Source: Centroscyllium fabricii
Taxonomy: Eukaryota
Reading direction: 5' to 3'
NCBI GenBank assembly: GCA_051313645.2
Contig: JBNRSN020000002.1
Location: forward strand, 348,874,001-348,938,000
DNA length: 64,000 nt
In this document: piece by piece, positions 1 through 11,834 of the stretch
Numbering within the stretch: the stretch's first letter is position 1
Layout of the letters: every line of letters starts with the position of its first letter
Notes under the pieces: generated by a model
What the model was told of the DNA's origin: nothing
Databases searched by the model: none
The model's input: the letters and a program-made list of their open reading frames with translations, nothing else
Translations under genes and position numbers: made by a program

Positions 1-2195
1 AAATTGGTCAGACATGATCTTCCCTTGACAAAGCCATGCTGACTATCCTTGATTAATCCTTGCCTCTCCAAGTGGAGACTAATTCTGTCCCTCAGAATTT
101 TTACCAATAGTTTCCCTACCACTGATGTTAGGCTCACTGGCCTGTAATTTCCTGGTTTATCCCTACTACCCTTCTTGAATAATGGTACTACATTAGCAGT
201 TCTCCAGTCCTCTGGCACATCCCCTGTGGCCAGAGAGGTTCTGAAAATTTGTGTCAGAGCCCCTGCAATCTCCTCCTTTGCCTCACACAGCAGCCTGGGA
301 TACATCTCGTCCGGGCCTGGGGATTTATCCACTTTTAAGCCTGCTAAAACTGCTAGTACCTCCTCCCTCTCGATGCTAATATGTTCAAGCATATCACAGT
401 CCCCCTGCCTGATTTCTATGTCTACATCGTCTTTCTCCATAGTGAGCACAGATGCAAAAAATTCATTTAAAATCCCACCTACATCTTCTGGCTCTATGCA
501 CAGATTGTCACTTTGGTCCCTAATGGGCCCTACTCTTTCTCTAGTTATTCTCTTGCCCTTAATATACTTATAAAACATCTTAGGATTATCCTTTATTTTG
601 CTCGCCAGTGTTATTTCATGGCCCCTCCTCGCTCTCCTAATTTCTTTTTTAAGTATCCCCCTGCACTTTTTATACTCCTCTAGGGCTTCCTCTGTCTTTA
701 GTCCTTTGTATCTGCCAAAAGCCCCCCTTTTTTTCCTAATCCATTTTTGTATATCCCTTGTTGTGAATCCCTCTCCCCATATTACTAGTTTAAAGCCTTT
801 TTCACCTCCCTATTTACCCTTTCCACTGGGACACTGGTCCCATCCGGTTCAGGTGGAGCCTGTCCCATCAGTACAGCTCCTTCCTGTCCCAGTACTGGTG
901 CCAGTGTCCCATGAAAAGGAACCCCTCTTTCCCACACCAGCCCTTTAGCCACATGTTGATTCTCCTGAACTGACAACTTCTATGCTAATTTGCACATGGC
1001 TCTGGCAATAATCCAGAGATTTTTACCCTCGAGGTCCTGCTTTTTAATTTAGCTCCTAACTCCTGATAACCCTTCAGCAGGACCTCCTCCCTGTTCCTAC
1101 CTATGTCGTTTGTTCCAACATGGACCACAACAACTGGATTTACCCCTCCCTTTCCAGATTCCTCTCCAGCCACTTCACGATATCCCTTACTCTGGCACCA
1201 GGTAGGCAACACACCCTTCGGGATTCTCGCTCATGGCTTCAGAGGACACTATATTTCCCTCTTAATTATAGAATCCCCTATCACTATCACATTTCTATTT
1301 TGCTCTTCCCCCACTTGTACAGCCTTCTGAGCCACAGTGCCTTGGTCTGTATTGTGGCTGTCATCCCTGCAGTCATTCTCCTTGTCCTCACAGGTATCGA
1401 GTACATTGTACCTGTTGGACAGGACCAGTGTCTGCAGGACCGCCTTCTCAACCTCTCCTAAATCCCTGCTACCCAGCTCCCTAACAGTCACATCCTCCCA
1501 TTCCTGAACCTGTGCTTTCCTCTGGGGTGTGACTGAATTCTGGATAAAACTATCCAGAAATTCCTCCCCTCCCTTATGTTTCGGAGTGTCTCTAATTCGC
1601 ACTCCATGTCATTGACTCTGAGCCGGAGAGACATTTCCTACAGATGTGGGAATCCGGGACAGTCTCGCTGTTCACAAACTTCCTCATACTACAATCCTGA
1701 CACATAGCCTGCCCTGCCATCTTTAGAATTCTTTATTTATTTACTTGATAACCAGAATTAATTTAATTCATTAAAGTTTTTATTCAAACTATTATTATAG
1801 TTATATTAATCAATTAGTATATCTAGTTGTTATTAAATTAATAAAGTAATAGTTATAGTTCCTCAGTTCTTAGTTTAAACCACTGCCTAGCTAGAGAAAA
1901 ATTGCTGCAATACTCACCAACCAATCACTTAGCTGCTGTCCTGTGATGTCACTCCTTGATTTTTTTGCGCTCTCTCCTCCGCTCTGTCCCCGACCAGGTC
2001 TGCTCTCGCCACTGCTCTCAGCGAGTTTGGGCCTCTCTCCTCCGCTTTTTATTGCCCTGGCTCCGCTCTGTCCCCGACCAGGTCCGCTCTTGCCGCTGCT
2101 CTTGGTGAGTTTGAGCTGCTCTCTCCTCCGCTTTTTATTGCCCTGGCTCCGCTCTGTCCCCGACCAGATCCATTCTTGTCACTGCTCTCGGTCAT
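1..2195 (-). mobile_element. CR1 LINE 5' portion: 5' UTR, degenerate ORF1 (785-1720) and ORF2 fragment lacking the endonuclease domain
   Basis: ORF1 pieces with SGNH/GDSL esterase motifs VIVIGDSII and VVVHVGTNDIG plus an N-terminal Cys cluster; 1-770 is reverse-complement ORF2 (KSPGPD, ANVVP, NYRPVSL motifs). Confidence 0.88.
1965..2190. repeat. Imperfect tandem repeat, about 3 units (GCTCTGTCCCCGACCAG core), in the CR1 5' UTR
   Basis: ctccgctctgtccccgaccag occurs three times (~1977, ~2061, ~2146) with shared ctctcctccgctttttattgccctgg spacers. Confidence 0.85.
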
Positions 2196-3613
2196 TATCA
2201 CAATAAATGCAAGGCTTTCTTTCTAAGGCAGGGCTCAGCTATTAGGCTGCATAGCACCTGGCATCAGCAGCTTTAACTTCAATTCAGAGTAGAATATACC
2301 AACATAACAAAATCTAAAAATGTATTTATCATATTTGGTGCTCAAATATACAGTGGAGGTGTTTGCTTCACTGAAAAGCCAGTGATCTTTCTCCAATCAC
2401 TTCCTTATATCCACTCTTTTGTGGGTATGTATGTTATCCACCAAATTTCCCTCCGATTATCTTCGATCCTTGACATGCATCTTTTGCAATTGAGGGCTGG
2501 TGAGTGATCTGGTCTCAAGCCTTGGCCTGTGCTGTTGATGTGTGATAAAATGGAACAGTTGGTCATTCCTTTGGATTTTTCCATTCCTCAGAGGGATACT
2601 TAATACCTCTTCATAGCAGGACACAGAGACTTAGTGGAGTTGGGGATCAAACTCTCTGCTTACTTCTGCTAGTGCTCTGGGGGAGTGTTTAAACTAAAAT
2701 GGCAGGGGGTTGGGAACCTGAGCAGGGAAACAGAGGAAAGGGAAACAAGGATGAAAGCAAAAGATAAGGAGAAAAACAAAAGTGGCAGTCCGAGAAATCA
2801 ATGGATTAAATCAAACATGGCCACAGTAAATAATAAGTCTAATAGGTCTAAGAGCATTAAAAAAACAAGCCTGAAGGCTTTGTGGCTTAATGCAAGGAGC
2901 ATTTGTAATAAGGTGGATGAATTGGCTGCGCAAATAGAGGTAAACAAATATAATTTGGTTGGGATTACAGAAACATGGCTCAAGGATGGTCAAGGCTGGT
3001 AACTCAACATCCAGGGGTATTAAATATTCAGGAAAGATAGGCAAAAAGGAAAGGGAGGTGGGGTAGGATTACTGGTTAAAGAAGGGATTAACACAATTGT
3101 AAGGAAGGATATTAGCTCTGATGATGTGGAATCTGTATGGGTAGAATTCAGAAATACCAATGGGCAGAAAACATTAGTGGGAGTGGTATATAGACCTCCA
3201 AACTGTAATGAAGAGGTTGGGGATGGCATTAAAAGGGAAATTAAAGAAGCGTGCAATAAGGGCACAGCAGTCATCATGGGTGACTTTAATCTACATATAG
3301 ATTGGGCTAACCAAATTAATAACAATACTGTGGAGGAGGAATTCCTGGAGTGTTTATGGGATGGTTTCCTGGACCAATATGTCGAGGAACCAACCAGAGA
3401 TCAGGCCATCTTAGACTGGGTATTATGTAATGAGAAAGGATTAATTAGCAATCTTGTTGTGAGAGGCCCCTTGGGTCAGAGCGATCATAATATGATCGAA
3501 TTCTTCATTAAGATGGAGAATGAAGTAGTTGACTCAGAGACTAGGGTCCTAAATTTAAATAAAGGAAACTACGATGGTCTGAGGCGAGTGTTGGGTAGGA
3601 TTGATTGGGGAAT

Positions 3614-4957
3614 TGTAGGGGGTTTTCTGGGGTTTGCACAGGATACCTTCGATTAGTCAGCTCGTTCTGACTACCTTCTTGAATGGTTCGAATCACTCGC
3701 CCCCTAGGTCTCGACCCTGGACTTAGATGCAGAGACAGCAATGCAGAGAAAACTCGGGTAGCCAATTGGTTTAATGGTAAAACGTATCTAAAAGTTTATT
3801 GACAAAGAAAACCAAGGATGACAACGATACATGGAGAAAAATACTGGCAATTACACTACAGACGTAAACTTACTTAAACTTAACATGAAATAGGGAAACA
3901 CACGGAACATCGAGGGAAAACAACTACTGCTAATTATCCCCTTAATTCCCACCCCCTAATCCTGACTAGATTGTATTATGAGGGGACAGAAACATGCTCA
4001 CCAATCCAAGGCTTTTGCTCAGTTTAAAACTGCACTTGGGTTTTGGGGTTCATTCTTAGCGCTCTCTGCGCTGCTGTTGTCACGCGGCCTTCGGGTACTG
4101 TAAGGGCGGCGTCCCAGCACAGGTACCTCGAGCTGATGTTTACTGCTTAGCCCCTTTCAGCGATGAAATGGTGTTGCCCCGTCCATCGTCTTCTTCCAGT
4201 CTGTGCTCAGGTGCCGCCGCATGCCCGTCCATCATCTTCTTATCTCTCAGGTGCTGCTGGTGCCGTACCGGTGAAGTCCCCGTCCCGCCTCTCCAGGCCT
4301 GAAATGTCGGCGCACGCCTGTTTGTCTTATTCAGGTACTCCGGGCTGCCTGCCAAGGCCAGGGGGTTAGCGTGGGACAGAGAGGCTGCGAGCTGAGCTGA
4401 AAGAGCGCGAAAAAGCTGAGCTCACGATCACTACCCGGGGACTTCAGTTATACTATCTGAAGCAGTCTTTATCTCCCAGCAAATCAGGTCAGTTCCTTTG
4501 TTTTTTACTTTGGCCTATTTAACAAAGGGGTAATGATTTACTTGGACGGCCGGTAATTGCCGTTACCAGTCGTCAATGACTTGGCTTTGTTAAAACTTGG
4601 TATTGATGGGCTCCTTGAAACTAGATGTATCTCTTAATCGGTTTCCTATTGTCCAAGTAAACACCTCGATGGCCTTTATTTACAGGCCTGAGTACTTTGA
4701 ATCTGTTTTCCCTCACGCATATTAAAATGTCCATCTGGCTCTGAAATGCCAAAACCCTTTTTGCAGACACAGTGGCTCCGGGTCGAATCCACACTTGTGG
4801 GTTGTCTGCAGAAACCAAACTTTAAACTGCAGCAGGCCTTTGCCACGAGGCCCAGTGGCCATTTTGAGTGCCCCTTTTTCCTTTTAAAAGTTCAAAACAG
4901 GGCTCCTTTTGCTCAAAATAATCCTTTGGGAAAAGTGGAAATTTTGTGAATCTCACA
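3614..4957 (-). mobile_element. Long (1344 bp) solo LTR with 4-bp target-site duplication
   Basis: TG...CA termini; GAAT duplicated at 3610-3613 and 4958-4961; removing it restores the CR1 ORF2 sequence. Strand inferred from minus-strand TATAA (~4450) and AATAAA (3795-3800). Confidence 0.8.
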
Positions 4958-6588
4958 GAATGTCACTCAAAGGGTTGACGGTGAATAGGCAATGGCAAAC
5001 ATTTAAAGATCGCATGGATGAACTACAGAATTTGTTCAACCTAGTTTGGCACAAAAATAAAACAAAAAAGGTGACTCAACCGTGGCTAACAAGGGAAATT
5101 AGGGATAACATAAGATCCAAGGGGAGGACATATAAATTGGCCAGAAAAAGCAATAATCCTGAGGATTGGGAGCAGTTTAGGATTCAACAAAGGAGGACAA
5201 AGGGAATAATTAAGAAGGGGAAAATAGAATGAGAGAGTAAGCTTGCAGGAAACATAAAAACTGACTGCAAAAGCTTCTATAGATATATGAAGAGAAAAAG
5301 ATTGGTGAAGTCAAGCGTAGGTCCGTTGCAGTCAGAATCAGGGAAATTTCGAATGGAGAACAAAGAAATGGCAGACCAATTAAATACATACTTTGGTTCT
5401 GTCTTCACAAAGGAGGACACAAATAACCTCCCAGAGATGTCGGGGAACATAGGATCTGATGAAAGGGTGGAACTGAAAGAAATCAGTATTTGTAGGGAAA
5501 TGGTGTTAGGGAAATTGACGGGATTGAAGGCTGATAAATTCCCAGGGCCAGATAATCTACATCCTTGGGTAATTAAGGAAGTGGCCCTAGAAATTGTAGA
5601 TGCATTGCTGATCATCTTCCAACATTCGATGGAATCAGGAACAATACCCATGGATTGGAGGGTATCTAATGTTTACCAACTTTTTTTGAATAGTGGGGTG
5701 AGAGAAAATGGGAAATTACAGACTGGTAAGCCTGACATCGGTAGTGGGGAAAAATGTTAGAGTCCATGATAAAAGATGTAATAGCGGAGCACTTGGAAAA
5801 CAGTGATAAGATCGGACAAACATGGATTCACAAAAGGTAAATCGTGCTTGACTAATCTACTGGAATTTTTTGAGGATGTAACTGGTAAAATAGATAAGGG
5901 AGAACCAGTGGATGTGGTGCATCTGGACTTTCAGAAGGCCTTCGATAAGGTTCTGCATAAGAGATTAGCATGTAAAGTAAAGGCACGTGGGATTGGGGGC
6001 AAGGTATTGACTTGGATAGAGAACTGCTGGGCAGACAGAAAGCAGAGTTGGAATAAACAGGTCTTTTTCCGGATGGCAGGCAGTAACTAGTGGGGTACAG
6101 GGATTGGTCCTTGGACCCCAGCTATTCACAATATATATAAATGATCTGGACATGGGAACTAGATGTAATATCTCCAAATTTACAGGCGACACAAAGCTGG
6201 GTGGGTGTGTGCTGGGAGGATGTCGAGAAACTCCAGGATGATCTGAACATGTTGGGTGATTGGGCAGAAACATGGCAGATGCAATATGACGTCGTTAAAT
6301 GTGAGGTTATCCACTTTGGTGGCAAAAACAGGATGGCAGATTATCTAAATGGCAATAGATTGGGAGAAGGGGAAATGCAACAAGACCTGGGTGTCCTTGT
6401 GCACCAGTCACTGAAGGTAAGCATGCAGGTGCAGCAGGCAGTTAAGGCGGCAAATGGTATGTTGGCCTTCGTAGCGAGAGGGTTTGAATACAGGAACAAG
6501 GATGTCTTGCTGCAGTTGTACAGGGCCTTGGTGAGACCTCATCTTGAGTATTGTGTGCAGTTTTGGTCGCCTTATCTGAGGAAGGATG

Positions 6589-6840
6589 TGGGGTGAACCA
6601 CTGTTGTTGTTATCCACTGTAGTTCACTCTTGCCTGTTGTATGTAACCTGCCTGGGCATGCCTCTGCTGACTCCGCCTCTGGCTCCACCCTCATACCCTG
6701 GTATAAAGGCGACTGCTTTCCAGTCCTCTGGCATTCAGGACCGGTCAACCAGCAGAGGCATGCTCTCGATCATTAGTAAATAAAAGCCTGTTAGTTACTT
6801 ACTTAACTTGAGTCTTTTGATAGTGATTGATTGCGCATCA
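6589..6840 (+). mobile_element. Solo LTR (252 bp) with 5-bp TSD, related to the Gypsy LTR at 45142/49669
   Basis: TG...CA; GGATG duplicated at 6584-6588 and 6841-6845; TATAAA ~6702, AATAAA ~6779; shares AATAAAAGCCT..AGTTAC..AGTCTTTT..ATTGA..CA with the Gypsy LTR. Confidence 0.87.
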
Positions 6841-7989
6841 GGATGTTCTTGCCATGGAGGGAGTTCAGCGAAGATTCACCAGGCTGATACCTGGGGTAGC
6901 AGGAATGACGTATGTGGAGAGATTGGGTCGATTGGGCTATTATACTCGCTGGAGTTTAGAAGAATGAGAGGTGATCTCATTGAAACTTATAAAATTCTGA
7001 CAGGACTGGACAGACTAGATGCAGAAACAATGTTACCGATAGTCGGGGTGTCCAGAACCAGGGGACACAGTCTAAGGATAAAGGGTAGGCCATTTAGGAC
7101 AGAAATGAGGAGGAATTTCTTCACCCATAGAGTGACAAACCTGTGGAAAACTCTACCACAGAAGGCGGTGGAGGCCAGTTCATTAAATATATTCAAGGAG
7201 TTGGATGTATTTCTTAAGGCTAACGGGATCAAGGGGTATGGGGAGAAAGTAGGGACCGGATACTGAATTTGGATGATCAGTCATGATCGCATTAAATGGC
7301 GGAGCAGGCTCGAGGGGCCGAATGGCCTACTCCTGCTCCTAGTTTCTATGCTTGGCGCCCTGGGTTTGTATTGAGATACATTGCATAGCTGTTAACCATT
7401 TTAGAAAAACATTTGAACTTTTATAAGGACAGGTTTATTTTGTTGGTACTTCTTTTGTCAGTTGATGTCAGACAGAAAAACGTGTCCCTTCAAATGAAGT
7501 GACTCTCTCACAAAGACTAAATTTATAACTTAAAACCTTTTGTATGCGGTCAATGAATTATCTCAGGTGCAAGCCAAGCCCTGGAGCTATTGATTTGAGT
7601 AGTAATGCTTCTCATTCTGGTATTTAAACTGGGCCAAAAGTTCACCTGGTTGCACAACATTTGATGTGTAAGGTTAACATTTCAGGAATAAAGCTACCCG
7701 TGACATCTGGATAGCTTTATTACTGTAATGTTGGGTTTGATTTCAGCATCAGTGTGAGAGCTGAAATATTTAAATAAATAAAAAATCCATCCCAAGGAGC
7801 CTAGAATTTCTTGGAGCTGCCAGCAGTCTAATGGCTTCATTAAGATTGGTCAAGATTAACTTGAATGAAGAGAGTCAATTGTTAGTTTGGGGCTTTTATA
7901 TACTAGAGAGAAGGGCAAAAAACTAGCTTACAATCCAATTCAACAAAACAAACAAGTTAGTTTGACCAGGTCTGAAGCAATCCGCATTT

Positions 7990-8130
7990 AATGTTCACTC
8001 TAATTTTTTTGGGGGTGTGCGGTTCATTCAAATTTCTGCGCATGCGTGGTTTTTCTATTCAAAAGCTGGTGACCGCCCTGCGCAGAACCTCCAGACTACT
8101 GTGTGGTTGCGCACATTAACGGAAACATTT
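7990..8130. mobile_element. Possible small hAT-like MITE remnant
   Basis: aatgttcactctaa ... ttaacggaaacatt imperfect TIRs enclosing TGCGCA motifs. Confidence 0.4.
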
Positions 8131-8133
8131 CCC

Positions 8134-8785
8134 TCATTATATATTACACTGAATGTACAGCACAGAAATAGACCATTCAGCCCAACGAGTCTATGTCAGC
8201 TTTTAAGCTCCACATAAGGCTGAGCGGTGACCTAATAGAGGTCTTTAAAATTCTGAAAGGTTTTGATAAGAGTAGTCACAGTGTTTCCACTCCTGGGGAA
8301 GAGCAAACCTAGAGGCCATCAATATAAGATAGTCACCAAGAAATAAAATAGAGAATTCAGAAAAAAATTATTTACCCAGAGAGTGGTGAGAATGTGAAAC
8401 TCTCTGCCACATGGAGTGGTTGAGGCAAATAGTATAGATGTATTAAATGGGAAACTAGATAAGCATGAGGGAGAAGGGAATAGAAGGTTATGCTGATAGG
8501 GCTAAATGAGGAAGGATGGGAGGAGGCTCGAGTGGAGCATAAACGCCAGCATGGACTGGTTGGGCCAAATGATCTGTTTCTGTGCTCTATGTTCTATGTT
8601 ATTCTATGTAGGTCACCCTTCAGCTTTCTCATTTCTAGAGAAAAGAGCCTCAGCCTGTTCAGCCTTGCCTGATAAGTATATCCTCTCAGTTCTGGTATCA
8701 CCATTGTAAATCTCTTTTGCACCCTCTACATCCTTTCTATTATATGGAGACCAGAACTGTGCACAGCACTAAGTGTGGTCGAATG
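8134..8785. mobile_element. CR1 3' fragments in mixed orientation (plus-strand tail ~8217-8610 inside a minus-strand fragment)
   Basis: RGHQYKI, FFTQRVV-type sequence and a ctatg tail on plus; ggagaccagaactgtgcacag on minus. Confidence 0.7.
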
Positions 8786-10246
8786 TATACGTGTGTATAT
8801 ATATATATATATTTTTTAAACTTCTGATCACATAAATTTTGTTATTTTCGGTTTTTGAGGACACCACTTTAGTGTACTACTACCACTGTCAAAATGGCAG
8901 CAGGTACACAGAATTACTACCCATAGTAGGTTTAATTGTAGAATGGAAGTCATGCACGGAAACCTAAACAGCTTTAATGGAAGTTGCAGCCATCAAAATG
9001 AGCGCACAGAACAAATATTCAAGAATCTGGAGTCCGTCAGAAAAAACCCAGAGTGTTGATCTGACAGTCTGCAATATTACAGGATGCTAGGCAACTTTGA
9101 TGCAGGAGTGTGGGAAAGCCAATCTTCACAGGAGTCAGCAGTACAAGTGCCTTGATGTGTCTGGTTTATTTTTGTGTGGTGGGGCTAGGCCATTAGAGGA
9201 TCTGAAAATATCCCAACTGTTCCAGAGCTGAACTTAAGGCAAGTGTGAATTGGATTTTAGATTCAAATAAGTCACAAGTCAATTCACCCATAATTCAGAT
9301 CTACAGAATAGGTATTTATTTCAAAGGAATATTTGAAATAGCCACTGTATTATTTTTGAGGCGCAATTACTTTTTGGGGCCATAGTCAATGAAATCATTT
9401 GAATTATAGTTATAAATGGGGGTGGGGGCAACTAAATCTGAAATAATAGATCAAAGTGCAGGAATTTAAAAAGACCAAAATAGTTTTGTAAAGTTCAGAA
9501 AGCTGAAATGGCTGCTTTGTGTAGCAATACTTGCTGAAGTACAAGGCAGTTTTAAAATTGCTCTTGCCTCATAACAAAGCATTTCTACTCAGAACATAAC
9601 TGTTTCTACATTAGGTATTGCTCTGCTGGGATGAACCAAGTTTTTCCAATTTCCACTACACTCAATATAGCACAATCATTACACAAAGCAGGACTATGCA
9701 TTATGTGAGCAGAAGCATCAGAAAGCATGACTTGTTTGAAACTGACATAACTCATCAGTTTGAATAGAAATTGGCAACATATAATAATAGAAGCTAAAAA
9801 CATAAGACATGATAAGGTGATGATTGTCAAAAGCTGTTGTTTTGTAAAAAGCTTGGACACTACTTTGATGCAAAAATATTGTCATATGTACATGTTGAAT
9901 TTGGAAAGCGATCAGTTTCACCATTACAGGATCACGTTTGCTGCAAAATGTATCGGACTCAGTTCGTGCACCAGCTCCAGTTTCGATTCATCATCAATTA
10001 CATAATCACAAGGAATGAAAAAGAAAACGTATGTTGAAAATATAAGCATACAAGTGCTACCTTGGGTGGAACAAAACTAAGAAAAGATATAGCACTAGGA
10101 AGCCAAAATAATGCAGATTTATTTTGAATATACTGCAGGTTACACTAGGCATCGGTAATGCAACTGAACATGAAAGAGCAAAGATTCTAAGTGCCAATCA
10201 CTGTCACAAACAGCCTTTTAACAGCTTTTTTTAAAATGCAGCAAAG

Positions 10247-10405
10247 NNNNNNNNNNNNNNNNNNNNNNNNNNNNNNNNNNNNNNNNNNNNNNNNNNNNNN
10301 NNNNNNNNNNNNNNNNNNNNNNNNNNNNNNNNNNNNNNNNNNNNNNNNNNNNNNNNNNNNNNNNNNNNNNNNNNNNNNNNNNNNNNNNNNNNNNNNNNNN
10401 NNNNN
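10247..10405. other. Assembly gap (N run) in the probable ZNF827 3' UTR
   Basis: Run of N directly visible; flanks are AT-rich unique sequence downstream of the stop codon. Confidence 0.97.
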
Positions 10406-11026
10406 CCAAAATACTGAAAACAACAATGCTGCATTTTCAAAAACAAAACACTGGAACTCAGTTGTGTGGCTGAAGATGAACTCCAAATATAGTGCAGAGA
10501 TCATTTATAATGCATTGAATGCAAATACGTCAATGTGCCAGTCTAAAGCTTGAAGATGATAAATGCTGAAAACAAAAATCAGCAATGTCATGCATCTTTG
10601 AAAGTGCTAATGGTTGTTGCCAAAATAAATGTGACTGATCACTATCGCGCTGATCAGATTTGGTCAACATACTGCTGCTTTGAAATTAGTAACACTAGGT
10701 AGAAAATGATACTACTGTACTTTAAGTAACACAAAAATGTGCAAGACTAAGCATTGTGCAAAATTCTGCCTCATCACATACTTTTTCTTTTTTTTTTAGC
10801 CTGGGCATTTTTTCAGCCCAGAGTCCAACTACCTCTTTCCAATACTTGGATTTCCATACATTTATGGACATTTAAGTACTTTATATATAATTCAAGCAGC
10901 ACTTATATGAATACAAGAAGCATTTACAGCCACTTCTACACATTCTACTCTTCTACAATAATAAACATTTTTGAAAAAGAAATCTTGTATTGCAGCAATA
11001 ACCACTGTTCACTCTGTGGCTAAAAC

Positions 11027-11834
11027 CTAAACTGTGTTTGCCTGTTCAGTTAGGCCAAGATAGGCCAAGAACGAGCATTTGGGGGAAACAGTATCTGGGG
11101 GTGCTGTTTGCTGCCGAGACGAATGGAATGTAGCTTCACATTTGCTTTGTGGAAAAAGTGTAGTCAGTGGAATAAGGTGTGTGAGATCACAGTTCCTGTA
11201 TTTACTAAGGTGTGCAGAAATACCATTCAATCCAAATAAGCCAAGTGTTGATCCCGTTGCAATTCCATTGTTGCCAGTCACTGACAGTGCAACAGTCTGC
11301 AAAGCCTGCGATGCGGACATAACTGAAAGTGGTGAAAGGAGGTTTCTGGAATTGCTACTGTTAAAGACAGAGTTACTTTCTTTCCCAGTCACAGGCTGGG
11401 CCTTCTTCCCCTCTTCCAGATATTCACCATTCTGATGTTTTTTCACATGGCGGCTGAAGACAAACGGATGTGTGGTTGTGAAGAAGCATTCATCACAGCA
11501 CAGAGTTTGTCTTGGAGAGTGCTTCAGCTTCTTGTGTAGGTTCAGATTGTCTTTGCGCTTGCAGCTGTAACTGCACTGGTCGCAATGGAAAGGACGCTCC
11601 CCTGTGTGAACACGAACATGCTCTATCAGCTTATTGGCCGTCTTGGAGAGATAGCCACACTGGTCGCACTTGTAGTGGTTGCCGAGGCGATGTTCGCGGA
11701 TGTGCATCTCTAGCTCTAGTTGATTCGCTTTAACCACTTGACAGATACGACACTTGAATTCCATTTTGTAGTGTGTCCTTAAATGGCATTCCATGGCTGA
11801 AGGACGGTTTGTGGCATAAATGCAGAATGGGCAC
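11027..11834 (-). CDS. ZNF827: ZNF827 last coding exon (C2H2 zinc-finger cluster plus C-terminal tail)
   Basis: Acceptor CAG|G TGC CCA TTC at 11834; translation CPFCIYATNRPSAMECHLRTHY...HTGERPFHCDQCSYSCKRKDNLNLHKKLKH...SFLAYLGL, stop at 11027. Matches the recalled long C-terminus of ZNF827. Confidence 0.93.

Larger units (their letters stand above)
2679..7350 (+). mobile_element. Degenerate CR1 LINE (end of ORF1, frameshifted ORF2, 3' tail), interrupted by two solo LTRs
   Basis: ORF fragments with LNARSI, ITETWL, MGDFN, SDHN, DFQKAFDKV and YCVQFWSP motifs; 3' tail ...cctactcctgctcctagtttctatg. Confidence 0.92.

Noticed and set aside
10187-10553. Several ORFs spanning X runs
   Set aside because: Artefacts of translating the N gap.
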